A stretch of DNA of 64,000 nucleotides. Origin: Polyangiales bacterium. GTDB taxonomy: Bacteria; Myxococcota_A; Polyangia; Polyangiales; Ga0077539. Below the pieces are notes generated by a model that searched no databases, had not been told where the DNA came from, and worked only from the letters and a program-made list of their open reading frames with translations. The stretch is from positions 96,001-160,000 of the forward strand of contig JBGARZ010000017.1 in assembly GCA_044229975.1 (NCBI GenBank). The letters are read 5' to 3'. This document shows, one piece after another, positions 42,040 to 51,131 of the stretch; positions within the stretch are counted from its first letter, which is position 1, and each line of letters opens with the position of its first letter. The position numbers and the translations under genes were made by a program.

Positions 42040-42465
42040 TCAGGGAAACTCCACGATGCGCCAGTAGTGATCGAGGAGCCCGATGAGCCGCATGAAGCCG
42101 GTGCCGACGTCGCTCTTCACGATGTAGCCCGCGACGTTGAAGTCGTACGAGGCCACACGATCCTCGTCGCTGCGAGACGTGGTCAGCACGAAGACCACGC
42201 TGTCCTTCAGCTCAGGGTCGGCGCGGAGCTCGGCGAGAAACTCCAGGCCGTTCATGCGGGGCATGTTGAGGTCGAGGAGGATGAGGTACGGCCGCGCGAT
42301 CGCCTCCGCTCCATCGCCTCGCAGGAGGGCCAGCGCCTCGATGCCGTCGATGGCCGTGGTGATGGGGTTGCTGATGCGCTCGCGCTTGAAGGCGCGGCGG
42401 ACGGCCTCGTGCTCGATGACGTTGTCCTCCACCAGCAGGACGCTCACGGTTCGACCTGGCATCAC
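42040..42465 (-). CDS. Rcp1-like single-domain response regulator
   Basis: LLVEDN, ILLDLNMPRMNG, FVLTTS...D...Y...VAGYIVK, YW.IVEFP. Confidence 0.9.
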   Translation of the reverse strand: MMPGRTVSVLLVEDNVIEHEAVRRAFKRERISNPITTAIDGIEALALLRGDGAEAIARPYLILLDLNMPRMNGLEFLAELRADPELKDSVVFVLTTSRSDEDRVASYDFNVAGYIVKSDVGTGFMRLIGLLDHYWRIVEFP

Positions 42466-44006
42466 CCTACCCTCACGACGCCGTCACAGCGCATGGGCCA
42501 CGTGAACACGACGGCCGTGCCACGCCCCTCGGACTCCACCCGGGCCTTCCCCCCGAAGACCTCGACGGTCTTCTTCACGATCGCGAGCCCCACGCCGCTG
42601 CCCTCCACCTGATCGCGCGGCCGCAGCGTCTGGAACATCCGGAACACCCGCTCGTGGAACTCCGGCTTGATGCCCGGGCCATCGTCCTGCACACGCACCT
42701 CGATGCGACCGTCCGTCGGCACGGCGCTCACGACGATGGTCCCCTCCGGGCGATCGTGGTGCTTGAGGGCGTTGCTGATGAGGTTGCGCAGCACCTTCTC
42801 GAAGGGCGTCCGCGGCGTGCGAAGGCTGACGTCCTCTCCGTCCAGCCGCACCGCGAAGCCCGGGGGCGGGGCGTGGAGCGCGAGGATGTTGCCGAAGACC
42901 TCGCGCAGCGTGAAGGGGTGCGCGTCGTCCACCATCCGCCCGACGCGCGAGTACTCCAGGAGGTCGTCGAGGAGCTGCTCCATCCGCTGCACGCGGTCGT
43001 TGACGAGGCGGAGGTGCTGGGCCGACGCGGGCGGGAGGGCGTCGCCGACGTCCTCGACGATCCAGCTCACCAGGTTGCGGACGTCGCGCAGCGGTGACTT
43101 GAGGTCGTGCGACGTGACGTAGGCGAAGTCGTCGAGTTCGCGGTTGGAGCGCTCGAGCTCGCGCACGTGGTGGTCGATGCGCGCGGCCATCCGGACCTTC
43201 TCGCTGACGTCGTCGAAGATGACCCCGAGGTAGTCCTCGCGGAGCGCGAAGCACTGCGCCTCGAAGGTGCGCCGGGTCTCCGGGTCGCTGCCGCGCACAT
43301 TGGTCCACGATCGCGGGACGCGGTCGCCGAGCGTCGCGGTCCAGAGGTCGACGTACTGGGGGCGGACCTCCTGGTTGAGGTCCCGCACCTGTCGCCCGAT
43401 GGCCCCGCGGAGGTCCCAGTCGCTGGAGCGCACGGCCGCGGGGTTGACCGTCACCAGTCGAAACGTCGTCGGGTCGGCCGGGTCGTCGAGGTGCCAGATC
43501 ACCATGCCGACGGAGGCGTTCTGGAAGAGGTCGACGAAGCGGGCGACCTCGGCCTCGGCCCGGCGGACCAGGTCTTCCTTCCCGGCGATGTACGCAGAGC
43601 CGAGCTCCGCCATCGCGACGTCCGTGAAGCGTTCCATCCCCCAGAGGATCCCCTCGCTCCGAGGGTCGAGGTCGTGCAGCACGCGACCACGAATCACGCC
43701 ACGGTAGGCGCCCAGCAGCCCGACCCAGTCGCGAAACTCGATGCCCATCCGCGCGTACGCGTTGCCTTGCGCCCGCAGGTGGGCGAGGTACCCGTCCCAC
43801 TCACCGTCGACCAGCGCCCGGCGCTGCTGCGCCGCGCCCATGGTGCGCTGCGCGTCGCGCATCGCCGGGGTCATCGCCGCGAAGGTCGCGGCCATCGATG
43901 GGATCTTCTCCGCCGCCGCCGCCACCGCCGCCTCGACCTCCGTGCGGGTGGCCTCCAGCGTCGCCCACAAGTCCCGCAGCGCCTCCCGTTCGTCCATCGC
44001 GGCCAT
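42462..44006 (-). CDS. Sensor histidine kinase with N-terminal globin-like domain and PAS
   Basis: Helical N-domain (YLAHLRAQGNAYARMGI.F.DW), PAS, ELERSNRELDDFAYVTSHDLKSPLR, NLISNA.KH, DDGPGI, GSGVGL. Confidence 0.9.
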   Translation of the reverse strand: MAAMDEREALRDLWATLEATRTEVEAAVAAAAEKIPSMAATFAAMTPAMRDAQRTMGAAQQRRALVDGEWDGYLAHLRAQGNAYARMGIEFRDWVGLLGAYRGVIRGRVLHDLDPRSEGILWGMERFTDVAMAELGSAYIAGKEDLVRRAEAEVARFVDLFQNASVGMVIWHLDDPADPTTFRLVTVNPAAVRSSDWDLRGAIGRQVRDLNQEVRPQYVDLWTATLGDRVPRSWTNVRGSDPETRRTFEAQCFALREDYLGVIFDDVSEKVRMAARIDHHVRELERSNRELDDFAYVTSHDLKSPLRDVRNLVSWIVEDVGDALPPASAQHLRLVNDRVQRMEQLLDDLLEYSRVGRMVDDAHPFTLREVFGNILALHAPPPGFAVRLDGEDVSLRTPRTPFEKVLRNLISNALKHHDRPEGTIVVSAVPTDGRIEVRVQDDGPGIKPEFHERVFRMFQTLRPRDQVEGSGVGLAIVKKTVEVFGGKARVESEGRGTAVVFTWPMRCDGVVRVG

Positions 44007-44062
44007 AGGTGACTTTCGAGGTTACACGACGACTCTGGCGCTTCCCGCTTTCGGGCAGCGCG

Positions 44063-45631
44063 TTACGCCCTCGCGACGTTGTCTTCGGCGAAGGAGACGT
44101 CAAGCCCGCGCGCTCGCAGGGCAGCAACGAGCGGCGCCTTGTCCAGCGCGCGGAGGTACGACTCCGACGGGGTGATGAGCCCGGCGTCGACGAGGTCGAG
44201 CAGGGCGTCGTGGAGGGTCACCATCCCGAGGCGACGCGAGGTCTGCATCACCGTCGGGAGCTGGAAGGTCTTCCCCTCGCGGATGAGGTTGGCCACCGCG
44301 GGGATCGACAGCAGCACCTCGCGCGCCGCCACGCGCCCGCCGCCGACCTTCCTGCACAGCGTCTGCGAGATGACGCCGCGGAGCGAGCCCGCGAGCATCA
44401 CGCGGATCTGCGCCTGCTCGTCGGCGGGAAACTGGTCGATGATCCGGTCGATGGTGCTGGCCGCCGTCGAGGTGTGGAGCGTTCCGAAGACGAGGTGCCC
44501 GGTCTCCGCGGTCTCCAGCGCGATGCCCACGGTCTCCAGGTCGCGCAGCTCGCCCACCAGGATGACGTCGGGGTCTTCGCGCAGCGCGGCGCGCAGGGCG
44601 GTCTTGAAGGAGCCGGTGTGCACGCCCACCTGCCGCTGGGTGATCACGCAGCGCTTGCCCGCGTGCACGAACTCGATCGGGTCTTCGATGGTGATAACGT
44701 GGTCGTGGCGCGAGCGGTTGACCAGGTCGACGAGCGCGCAGAGCGTCGTGGACTTGCCCGACCCGGTGGGCCCGGTCACCAGCACCAGGCCCCGGCTGAG
44801 CTGACAGAGCCGCTGCACCTCCGGCGAGATGCCCATCTGCTCGACCGTCACCACGGCCGCCGGGATGTGACGAAACACCGCCGCGGGCCCGAGCCGCTCG
44901 CGCAGCGCGTTGGCGCGGAATCTCCCCGCCCCGGCGATCTCGTACGCGTAGTCGGTGTCGTTGGTCTGCGCGAACTGCCGCCGGTTTCGCTCGGGCATCA
45001 CCGAGCGGAGCATCGCCTCCAGCGCAGCGCGCTCCAGCGGCGGAGCGTCCACCCGCACCATCTCGCCGTGCAGCCGGATGATGGGGCACTGCCCGCAGCG
45101 CAGGTGGAGGTCGGAGGCGCCGCGGCGCACGAGGTCGACCAGCAGGGCGTCGAGCGCGGCCCGCGCGTGGTCGCTCCCCGCGAAGGAGTGGATGGCGTCG
45201 TCGTCGTCCGGGTCTGCCGGGAGCACGGTGTCGAGCACCTCGGGCGGCGGGACGACGGGCGCGGGCTCGATGTTGGGGTCGGGGCCGCGGAAGGCGCGGT
45301 GCTGACCGGTGAGGCGTTCGCGCTCCTTCTCCTCGTCGAGGGTGACGTGAGCGCGCCAGAGCCCGTCGTCGCGCGCGGCCAGCACGGTGAAGGCGCCGTC
45401 TTCGGAGACGTACGCGAAGTGCGCGGGCTGCCCCTCGTTGATGAGCATCGCCGCATCCGGAGGCGCGATCTCGCAAAGGAGCAAAACCACCTGCGGTCCC
45501 GTGAGGGCGGTGCGGGTGACCGGGCGGAGCGCGCCGTCGATCTCGAACTCGGCGAAGGCCCCTTCGGTCAGCCGGAGCCCGCTGGCGCGGTGGCCCTTCA
45601 TGCCCGCGAGGAGCCGGTCGAGTTGGGCCAT
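44063..45631 (-). CDS. pilT: PilT-family retraction ATPase with an extra degenerate N-domain
   Basis: GASDLHL, GPTGSGKST, TIEDPIE, ALREDPDVILVGELRD, GHLVFGTLHT, AVANLIREGK. Confidence 0.88.
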   Translation of the reverse strand: MAQLDRLLAGMKGHRASGLRLTEGAFAEFEIDGALRPVTRTALTGPQVVLLLCEIAPPDAAMLINEGQPAHFAYVSEDGAFTVLAARDDGLWRAHVTLDEEKERERLTGQHRAFRGPDPNIEPAPVVPPPEVLDTVLPADPDDDDAIHSFAGSDHARAALDALLVDLVRRGASDLHLRCGQCPIIRLHGEMVRVDAPPLERAALEAMLRSVMPERNRRQFAQTNDTDYAYEIAGAGRFRANALRERLGPAAVFRHIPAAVVTVEQMGISPEVQRLCQLSRGLVLVTGPTGSGKSTTLCALVDLVNRSRHDHVITIEDPIEFVHAGKRCVITQRQVGVHTGSFKTALRAALREDPDVILVGELRDLETVGIALETAETGHLVFGTLHTSTAASTIDRIIDQFPADEQAQIRVMLAGSLRGVISQTLCRKVGGGRVAAREVLLSIPAVANLIREGKTFQLPTVMQTSRRLGMVTLHDALLDLVDAGLITPSESYLRALDKAPLVAALRARGLDVSFAEDNVARA

Positions 45632-45638
45632 CGTCTTC

Positions 45639-46100
45639 CTACCTCCTCGGGCGGGCGAAGGAGAGGTGCTCGCGGTTGATGACCACCACCCGGTCGCGGG
45701 TGAAGAGGGCGACGAAGCGCCGCGTCGTGTCGTTGAGGAAGTCCACGAGGCGCGGCCGGTCGGCGGGCTGCTCGGGGAAGATCGAACCGCTCCACACGCT
45801 CCCGTCGGAGAGCGTGAACTCGACGTGCATCCCGAGCACGCCGCGCTCGACGGTGTCGTCCCGCTCGGGGAGCATCGTGACGAGCGTGAAGATGTGCGAC
45901 TTCTGCACGATCACGACGTCGCCCGAGTCGAGCTCCAGCGGCAGGAACGGGGCCTCGGCGTTGAGCGCGTCGACGGGCTCCTCGGGGCCGACACGATGGC
46001 GCGTCGCGGCCTGGAGGAAGATGTCGCCCGCGAGGGAGACGCGGTGGATGAGCGTGAGGTCGACGCGGTGCCGAACCTTCTCGACCCGGTAGTCGCTCAT
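45639..46100 (-). CDS. Two-repeat small beta-barrel protein (DUF6812-like)
   Basis: ATG overlaps the upstream stop; repeats V.LTL....L.G.IF...D.LN...FLPL...VIVQKSHI and VEFTLSDGSVWSG.IF...RL.DFLN...FV.L...VVINREHL. Confidence 0.7.
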   Translation of the reverse strand: MSDYRVEKVRHRVDLTLIHRVSLAGDIFLQAATRHRVGPEEPVDALNAEAPFLPLELDSGDVVIVQKSHIFTLVTMLPERDDTVERGVLGMHVEFTLSDGSVWSGSIFPEQPADRPRLVDFLNDTTRRFVALFTRDRVVVINREHLSFARPRR

Positions 46101-47248
46101 GCGGGAGTCCTGCTGGCGCCACCCTGAGAAACGTCGGGGACGACGGTGTCCTTGAAGGCGTTGGGCAGACGCAGGAGGAAGGACGTCGGCCAGTTGGTGG
46201 TCTCCACGAGGCGGATGGTGCCGCCGTGGGCCTCCAGCGCGCGTCGGCAGAAGTAGAGGCCGAGCCCCGAGTGGCCCTCGTGCATCGGCTCTTCGCAACC
46301 GCGCGTGAACTTCTCGAAGATGCGCGCGCGGTCCTCGGGACGGATCGGCGCTCCGTCGTTGGAGACCGTGATCTCGATGCCGTCGCGCACCGCGAGGTCG
46401 ACGCCGATGCGGCCCTTGCTGGGCGTGTATCGCAGCGCGTTGTCGAGGAGGTTCTCCAGCACGCGTCGCAGCAGCGCCTTGTCGGCCTTCATCGCGACGG
46501 ACGCCGTCGGCGGTCGCAGCAGCGTGACGTTGCGGGCCTCCGCCCGGCTCTCGTACGAGGCCAGCACTTCGCGCAGGATCTTCGCCACGACCAGCACCTC
46601 GCGCCGGAGGTTCAGGCCAGGGCTCTCCAGGCGCGAGAGCGTGAGGAGGTCGCGCACCAGGTTCTGCATCCGGGCCGTGGCCGCGCGCGCGTCGCTGATG
46701 GGTCCGACCAGGTTGAACTGCGTCGGCAGCAGACCCCCGCGCACCGCCTCGATGGCGCCGGACACGACCCCGAGCGGCGCCGTGAGGTCGCGCACCAGCA
46801 GCGCCGACAGCTCGCGGTTCTCCCGCTGGGCCTCGTGCAGCGCGGCGTTGCGTCGCTTGAGCGTGTCGAGCGCCTCCTTGAGGCCGAGGAGGGCGCGCAC
46901 CCGCGCGAGCAGCACGGGCGCGTCGATGGGCTTCTCCAGGAAGTCGTCCGCGCCGGCCCGCAGCGCGCGCAGGCGGTGCTCCCGATCGGCGTGCGCCGTG
47001 ACGAGCACGACGGGGACGTGCGCCCCCGCCTCGGTCGCACGAAGGAGCTGGAGCACCTCGACGCCATCGAGGTCGGGCATCATCAGGTCGAGCAGGACGA
47101 GGTCGACGCCGCCGCGCGCCAGGACGTCCAGCGCCACGCGACCGTGGGCAGCCTGCAACAGCTCGTACCCTTCGGGCTCCAGCAGGGCCGCGAGGGCGAG
47201 GAGGTTCCTCGGCTGGTCGTCCACGAGCAGGATCCGTTTCGTCATCAC
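46097..47248 (-). CDS. REC-histidine kinase-like protein with the H-box His replaced by Arg
   Basis: LLDLMMPDLDG; LLVRDLTAPL (expected VHDL..PL); NLLDNA.RY, NDG, GLGLYFC. Confidence 0.85.
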   Translation of the reverse strand: MMTKRILLVDDQPRNLLALAALLEPEGYELLQAAHGRVALDVLARGGVDLVLLDLMMPDLDGVEVLQLLRATEAGAHVPVVLVTAHADREHRLRALRAGADDFLEKPIDAPVLLARVRALLGLKEALDTLKRRNAALHEAQRENRELSALLVRDLTAPLGVVSGAIEAVRGGLLPTQFNLVGPISDARAATARMQNLVRDLLTLSRLESPGLNLRREVLVVAKILREVLASYESRAEARNVTLLRPPTASVAMKADKALLRRVLENLLDNALRYTPSKGRIGVDLAVRDGIEITVSNDGAPIRPEDRARIFEKFTRGCEEPMHEGHSGLGLYFCRRALEAHGGTIRLVETTNWPTSFLLRLPNAFKDTVVPDVSQGGASRTPA

Positions 47249-47255
47249 CCACCTC

Positions 47256-49541
47256 TCACGCGCTGCACACCGCGAGCACCTGTCGCAGGTCGGTGAGACC
47301 CGCGAGGCACTTCTCGACGCCGTCCTGCAACAGCGTCGTCATGCCCGACGCCATCGCCACCTCGCGGAGCTCGTCCACCGGCGCCGATCGCGCGATGAGC
47401 CGCTTCAACCCAGGGTCGGTCACCATCAGCTCGTGCAGCGCGATGCGGCCCTTGTAGCCGGTGTTGGCGCACGCCGCGCACCCCGGCGCCCGCCACAGCG
47501 TAAGGGGTTCGCCGTTGAGCCTCGCCGCGAGGGCCTCCTCTCCCAGCGCCAGGGCGACCTCGGCGCGCGCGTCGGGCGGGGCGGCGTAGCTCTGTCGGCA
47601 CACCTTGCAGAGCCCGCGGGCGAGGCGCTGCGCGAGCACGCCGACGAGCGCATCGGCGAAGCTGAAGGGGTCGAGCCCCATGTCGATGAGCCGCACCACG
47701 GTCTCCGGCGCGCTGTTGGTGTGGAGCGTCGAGAGCACGAGGTGGCCCGTGAGCGACGCCTCCACCGCGGTGCCGGCGGTCTCCTCGTCGCGCATCTCAC
47801 CGACCATGATGACGTCCGGGTCGCCGCGCAGAAACGCCCGCATCGCCGCCGCGAAGGTCAGCCCCGCGCGGACGTTGACCTGCATCTGCCGCAGGCCCGC
47901 CTGGGTGATCTCCACCGGGTCCTCGGCGGTCCAGATCTTCATGTCGGGCGTGTTGATGGCGCCGAGCATGGAGTGCAGCGTCGTGGTCTTGCCCGACCCG
48001 GTGGGCCCGACGCACAGGATGAGCCCGTAGGGCCGCGCCAGGATGCGCGCGACCTCGCGGTGGTTGCGCGGCGAGAGCCCCATCTGCGCCAGGGGCAGCG
48101 GCTTCGACGAGGCGAGGATGCGCAGCACGGCGTCCTCGTCGCCGCGCGACGTCGGGAAGGTCGCGACGCGCAGCTCGACGGGCTGCCCCGAGAGCCGCAG
48201 CCGGATCTTCCCGTCCTGCGGCTTGCGCCGCTCGGCGATGTCGAGCCCGGCGAGGATCTTCATGCGGGCCACCAGCGCGCGCCGGCTCGCGGGCGGCAGC
48301 TCCCGGTACACGACGCAGTCGCCGTCGACGCGGAAGCGCACGATGGTGTTGTCCTCCGCGCCGTTGGGCTCGATGTGGATGTCCGACGCGCCGCGGCGAT
48401 AGGCGTCGCTGAAGATGCGGTGCACCAGGCGCACGATGACGTTGTCGGCCACCTCCGGCGTCTCGGCCCCGCTCGCGGATTCATCCTCCTCGGGCGGGAG
48501 CGCGCCGAGCTCGCGCAGGATCTGCTCGAAGTCCTCCTGCGGCGGTGGTGGCGTGGGTGGCGTCGAGGCTTCGGCCTTCGGCGGAGGGGCGGGCCTCGCG
48601 ATGTGGGCGTCGACGTAGCGGGCGAGCTGCGAGGGCGCGACGATCACCTCGCGCACCCGACGCCCGATGCGAAACTCCAACAGGTTGCGGTTTTCGGGCG
48701 CCATGGGCTCGCGGCTGGCGAGCGTGAGGCTGCGCGCGTCGAAGTCCGTCGGCAGCACGCCGTAGCGCTGGATGAGCTCCTGCGGCACGGCGGTGGCCGC
48801 CGCGGGGTCGAGGGTGATGGCGTCGAGGTCGACGAAGGGCAGACGGAACTTCGCCGCCAGCGCCTGCGCGAGCTGCACCTCGGTGATGAGGTCCATCCCA
48901 CGCATGACTTCTCCGAGTCGCAGTCCCTCCTCGGGCGGCGGCGCGGGCGTCGCCGGTGGGGCCGTGCTCACCGTCGTGCGCCGCACGAGCGAGCGGTGCC
49001 GCAGCTCCGTCTGCTGGGCGAGCGCGCGGTCGATGTTCTCGCGGCTGACGACACCCATGGAGAGCAGGATGGCGCCGAGCTGCTCCAGGCGTTCGAAGCC
49101 GAGGACGTTGTCGCGCAGGAAGAACAGCTCGCGAAGATCGCTGTCGGCCTCCAGCGGATACGCCACCATCCTCCGCGCGTTGGCGTCGGCGCCCGTCGGC
49201 ACGCGCACGTCGAGGTGGCGCTCGCGCGAGACGTGGACGCGCAGCGGTTCGAGCGGCGTGTCGATGGGGGCCGGGACGCTCTCGCCGGGTCGTCGACTGA
49301 AGCCCACGTAGACGACGCGCTCGGCGGGCACGAGCATCCGCCGCGCGAAGGCGTCGACCTCGCCCTCGGTGGAGCCCAGCCACATCACGAACTCCGTCGC
49401 GTCGGCGCGGAAGCCCGTGAGCATGCCGTGGAGGGTGCGCCCGTCGGTGAGCCCCAACACGGCGGGTACGCCGAGCCCCTGCGGACCCGGGCTGATGCCC
49501 CAGGCACCGGGTGTCGTGCCGACGGCCCGCGGGTTCTTCAC
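47256..49541 (-). CDS. PilB/GspE-family ATPase 1 (N-terminal beta-barrel repeats + MshEN)
   Basis: GASDIHIEP, LDIAERRKPQDGKI, GPTGSGKTTTL, EDPVEI, DPDVIMVGEMRD, CKVC...CAAC; GTG start at 49541 inferred. Confidence 0.88.
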   Translation of the reverse strand: MKNPRAVGTTPGAWGISPGPQGLGVPAVLGLTDGRTLHGMLTGFRADATEFVMWLGSTEGEVDAFARRMLVPAERVVYVGFSRRPGESVPAPIDTPLEPLRVHVSRERHLDVRVPTGADANARRMVAYPLEADSDLRELFFLRDNVLGFERLEQLGAILLSMGVVSRENIDRALAQQTELRHRSLVRRTTVSTAPPATPAPPPEEGLRLGEVMRGMDLITEVQLAQALAAKFRLPFVDLDAITLDPAAATAVPQELIQRYGVLPTDFDARSLTLASREPMAPENRNLLEFRIGRRVREVIVAPSQLARYVDAHIARPAPPPKAEASTPPTPPPPQEDFEQILRELGALPPEEDESASGAETPEVADNVIVRLVHRIFSDAYRRGASDIHIEPNGAEDNTIVRFRVDGDCVVYRELPPASRRALVARMKILAGLDIAERRKPQDGKIRLRLSGQPVELRVATFPTSRGDEDAVLRILASSKPLPLAQMGLSPRNHREVARILARPYGLILCVGPTGSGKTTTLHSMLGAINTPDMKIWTAEDPVEITQAGLRQMQVNVRAGLTFAAAMRAFLRGDPDVIMVGEMRDEETAGTAVEASLTGHLVLSTLHTNSAPETVVRLIDMGLDPFSFADALVGVLAQRLARGLCKVCRQSYAAPPDARAEVALALGEEALAARLNGEPLTLWRAPGCAACANTGYKGRIALHELMVTDPGLKRLIARSAPVDELREVAMASGMTTLLQDGVEKCLAGLTDLRQVLAVCSA

Positions 49542-49560
49542 CGTGGGCTTCGGGGAGTCG

Positions 49561-51096
49561 TCAGCGTGAGGGCGGGGCGAGCTCACCGGGGAGATCCTCT
49601 CCGTCCGTCTGTGGCCCGACGGGGGGTGCCGAAAGCGGCGACGACGCCGCGGTGTCACGCGCCCACAACGCCGCGAGGGGCGCGCCGCCGACCATCGTCC
49701 AGTGCCGGACGCGCCGCCAGCCCACGAGCGCCCAGCGACCGTTGGTGACGCGGTACACACGCCTTCCCTCGGGGATGGTTTCCTCCATCGAGCCGCCCAG
49801 GACGCACCCGTCGCGCGAGGCCGCGAACACGAAGCGCAGCGGCTCGAAGACGGGGTCGCTCCACACGACCACCGGGCGCGTGCAGCCCGCGTCGGCGAGG
49901 ATCGCGTCACGGACCAATGACGGCACCGCCATCCGTTCGCGCGGCACCTGCGGCCCCAGGAAGCGGCCACCCGGTGCGTCCTCGCGCAGCGCAACGGCGC
50001 CGGTGCTCCCTTGCAGGAAGTGCGAGGCGAGCGCCGCGGTGACCGCCAACGCCAGCGCCGCGGAGCCCACCAGCGCCCGCTCGGGGCGCGTCTTCGCCCA
50101 GGCCGCGCACCACATCGCCCACGGCGCGACGAGCACGAAGCCCCAACGGTCGGCGCCCGGCGCGGCGAGCAGCGGCAGCGCCACCGTCGCCACCGCGAGC
50201 TGGAGCCCGGCGAAGCGACCCATCTCGTCGTGCAGCACGCGACGCGCGCTCAACGCCACGAGGAGGAGCAGCACGCAGCTCGCGAGGGCCTCGACCCACG
50301 AGCGAACGCCCGCGAAGTGCGCCAGCGTCGAGACCCCGCTCAGCGAGTCCATGACTCGATGGAGCCCCCCACCGACGCCCGCTCTCGATGCGTGCGTCGA
50401 CGCGGGCAGGAGCCTCACCGCCAGCGCGCCATGCAACACCCCCAGACCGACGGCCACCCAGGTCGAGGGCCACTGGAAGAGCGGACGCCTCGACGGCAGC
50501 AGCACCCACAGCACGCACGCCACCGCCGGGATCGCCGCGAGCGGCGAGAAGTGCAGGCCCAGCGCGACGCACTGCGCGGCGAGCACGAGCGCAGGCGGTG
50601 ACCGACGCCGCACGGCGTACCACCACGCGACCGGCCCGAGCGCCGCGAGCCCCAGCGAGATCGCGGAGTGATGGTCCCCCGTGCGCGACCACGCGACGCT
50701 CCACGGGTGCAGGAGCAGCACGGCCACGAAGATGAGCGCGGGGCGCCGACGTAGGAGCAGCGTGGCGGACGCGGTCAGCGCGAGGAGCGCCAGCACCATC
50801 ACCAGCCGCGCCGACATGAACGAGGGCCCGAACATCGCGAAAGCTACCGTCGTGAGTGCCCGCGCCGCTGCGATGCCGGGGCCATGGGACGTCGGGCCGT
50901 GGGCGCCGGCGATCACCCGCAACGGCAGGTCGCCCTCCGCGCCCCAGGGGTTGGGAATCGCGCCCAGCCAGGGAAGGCGCAGCGCGAGACCCGCGGCGAG
51001 GAGGGCCGCGAGCGCGAGCGAGGGCGAAGGGCGATCGGGCCCGACGTAGGTGTCCTCCGGGCCGGACGTGAGTCGGCGGATCAGGACGGCGAGCAC
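49561..51096 (-). CDS. Multi-pass membrane protein, ArnT/PMT-like glycosyltransferase fold
   Basis: LALRL.WL....W..EG, FGPSFMSARL, HPWSVAWSR pattern of GT-C enzymes; start uncertain. Confidence 0.55.
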   Translation of the reverse strand: MLAVLIRRLTSGPEDTYVGPDRPSPSLALAALLAAGLALRLPWLGAIPNPWGAEGDLPLRVIAGAHGPTSHGPGIAAARALTTVAFAMFGPSFMSARLVMVLALLALTASATLLLRRRPALIFVAVLLLHPWSVAWSRTGDHHSAISLGLAALGPVAWWYAVRRRSPPALVLAAQCVALGLHFSPLAAIPAVACVLWVLLPSRRPLFQWPSTWVAVGLGVLHGALAVRLLPASTHASRAGVGGGLHRVMDSLSGVSTLAHFAGVRSWVEALASCVLLLLVALSARRVLHDEMGRFAGLQLAVATVALPLLAAPGADRWGFVLVAPWAMWCAAWAKTRPERALVGSAALALAVTAALASHFLQGSTGAVALREDAPGGRFLGPQVPRERMAVPSLVRDAILADAGCTRPVVVWSDPVFEPLRFVFAASRDGCVLGGSMEETIPEGRRVYRVTNGRWALVGWRRVRHWTMVGGAPLAALWARDTAASSPLSAPPVGPQTDGEDLPGELAPPSR

Positions 51097-51131
51097 CCCG
51101 GAGCCGGGTCGCTCGGGAACCGCCTGCGGAC

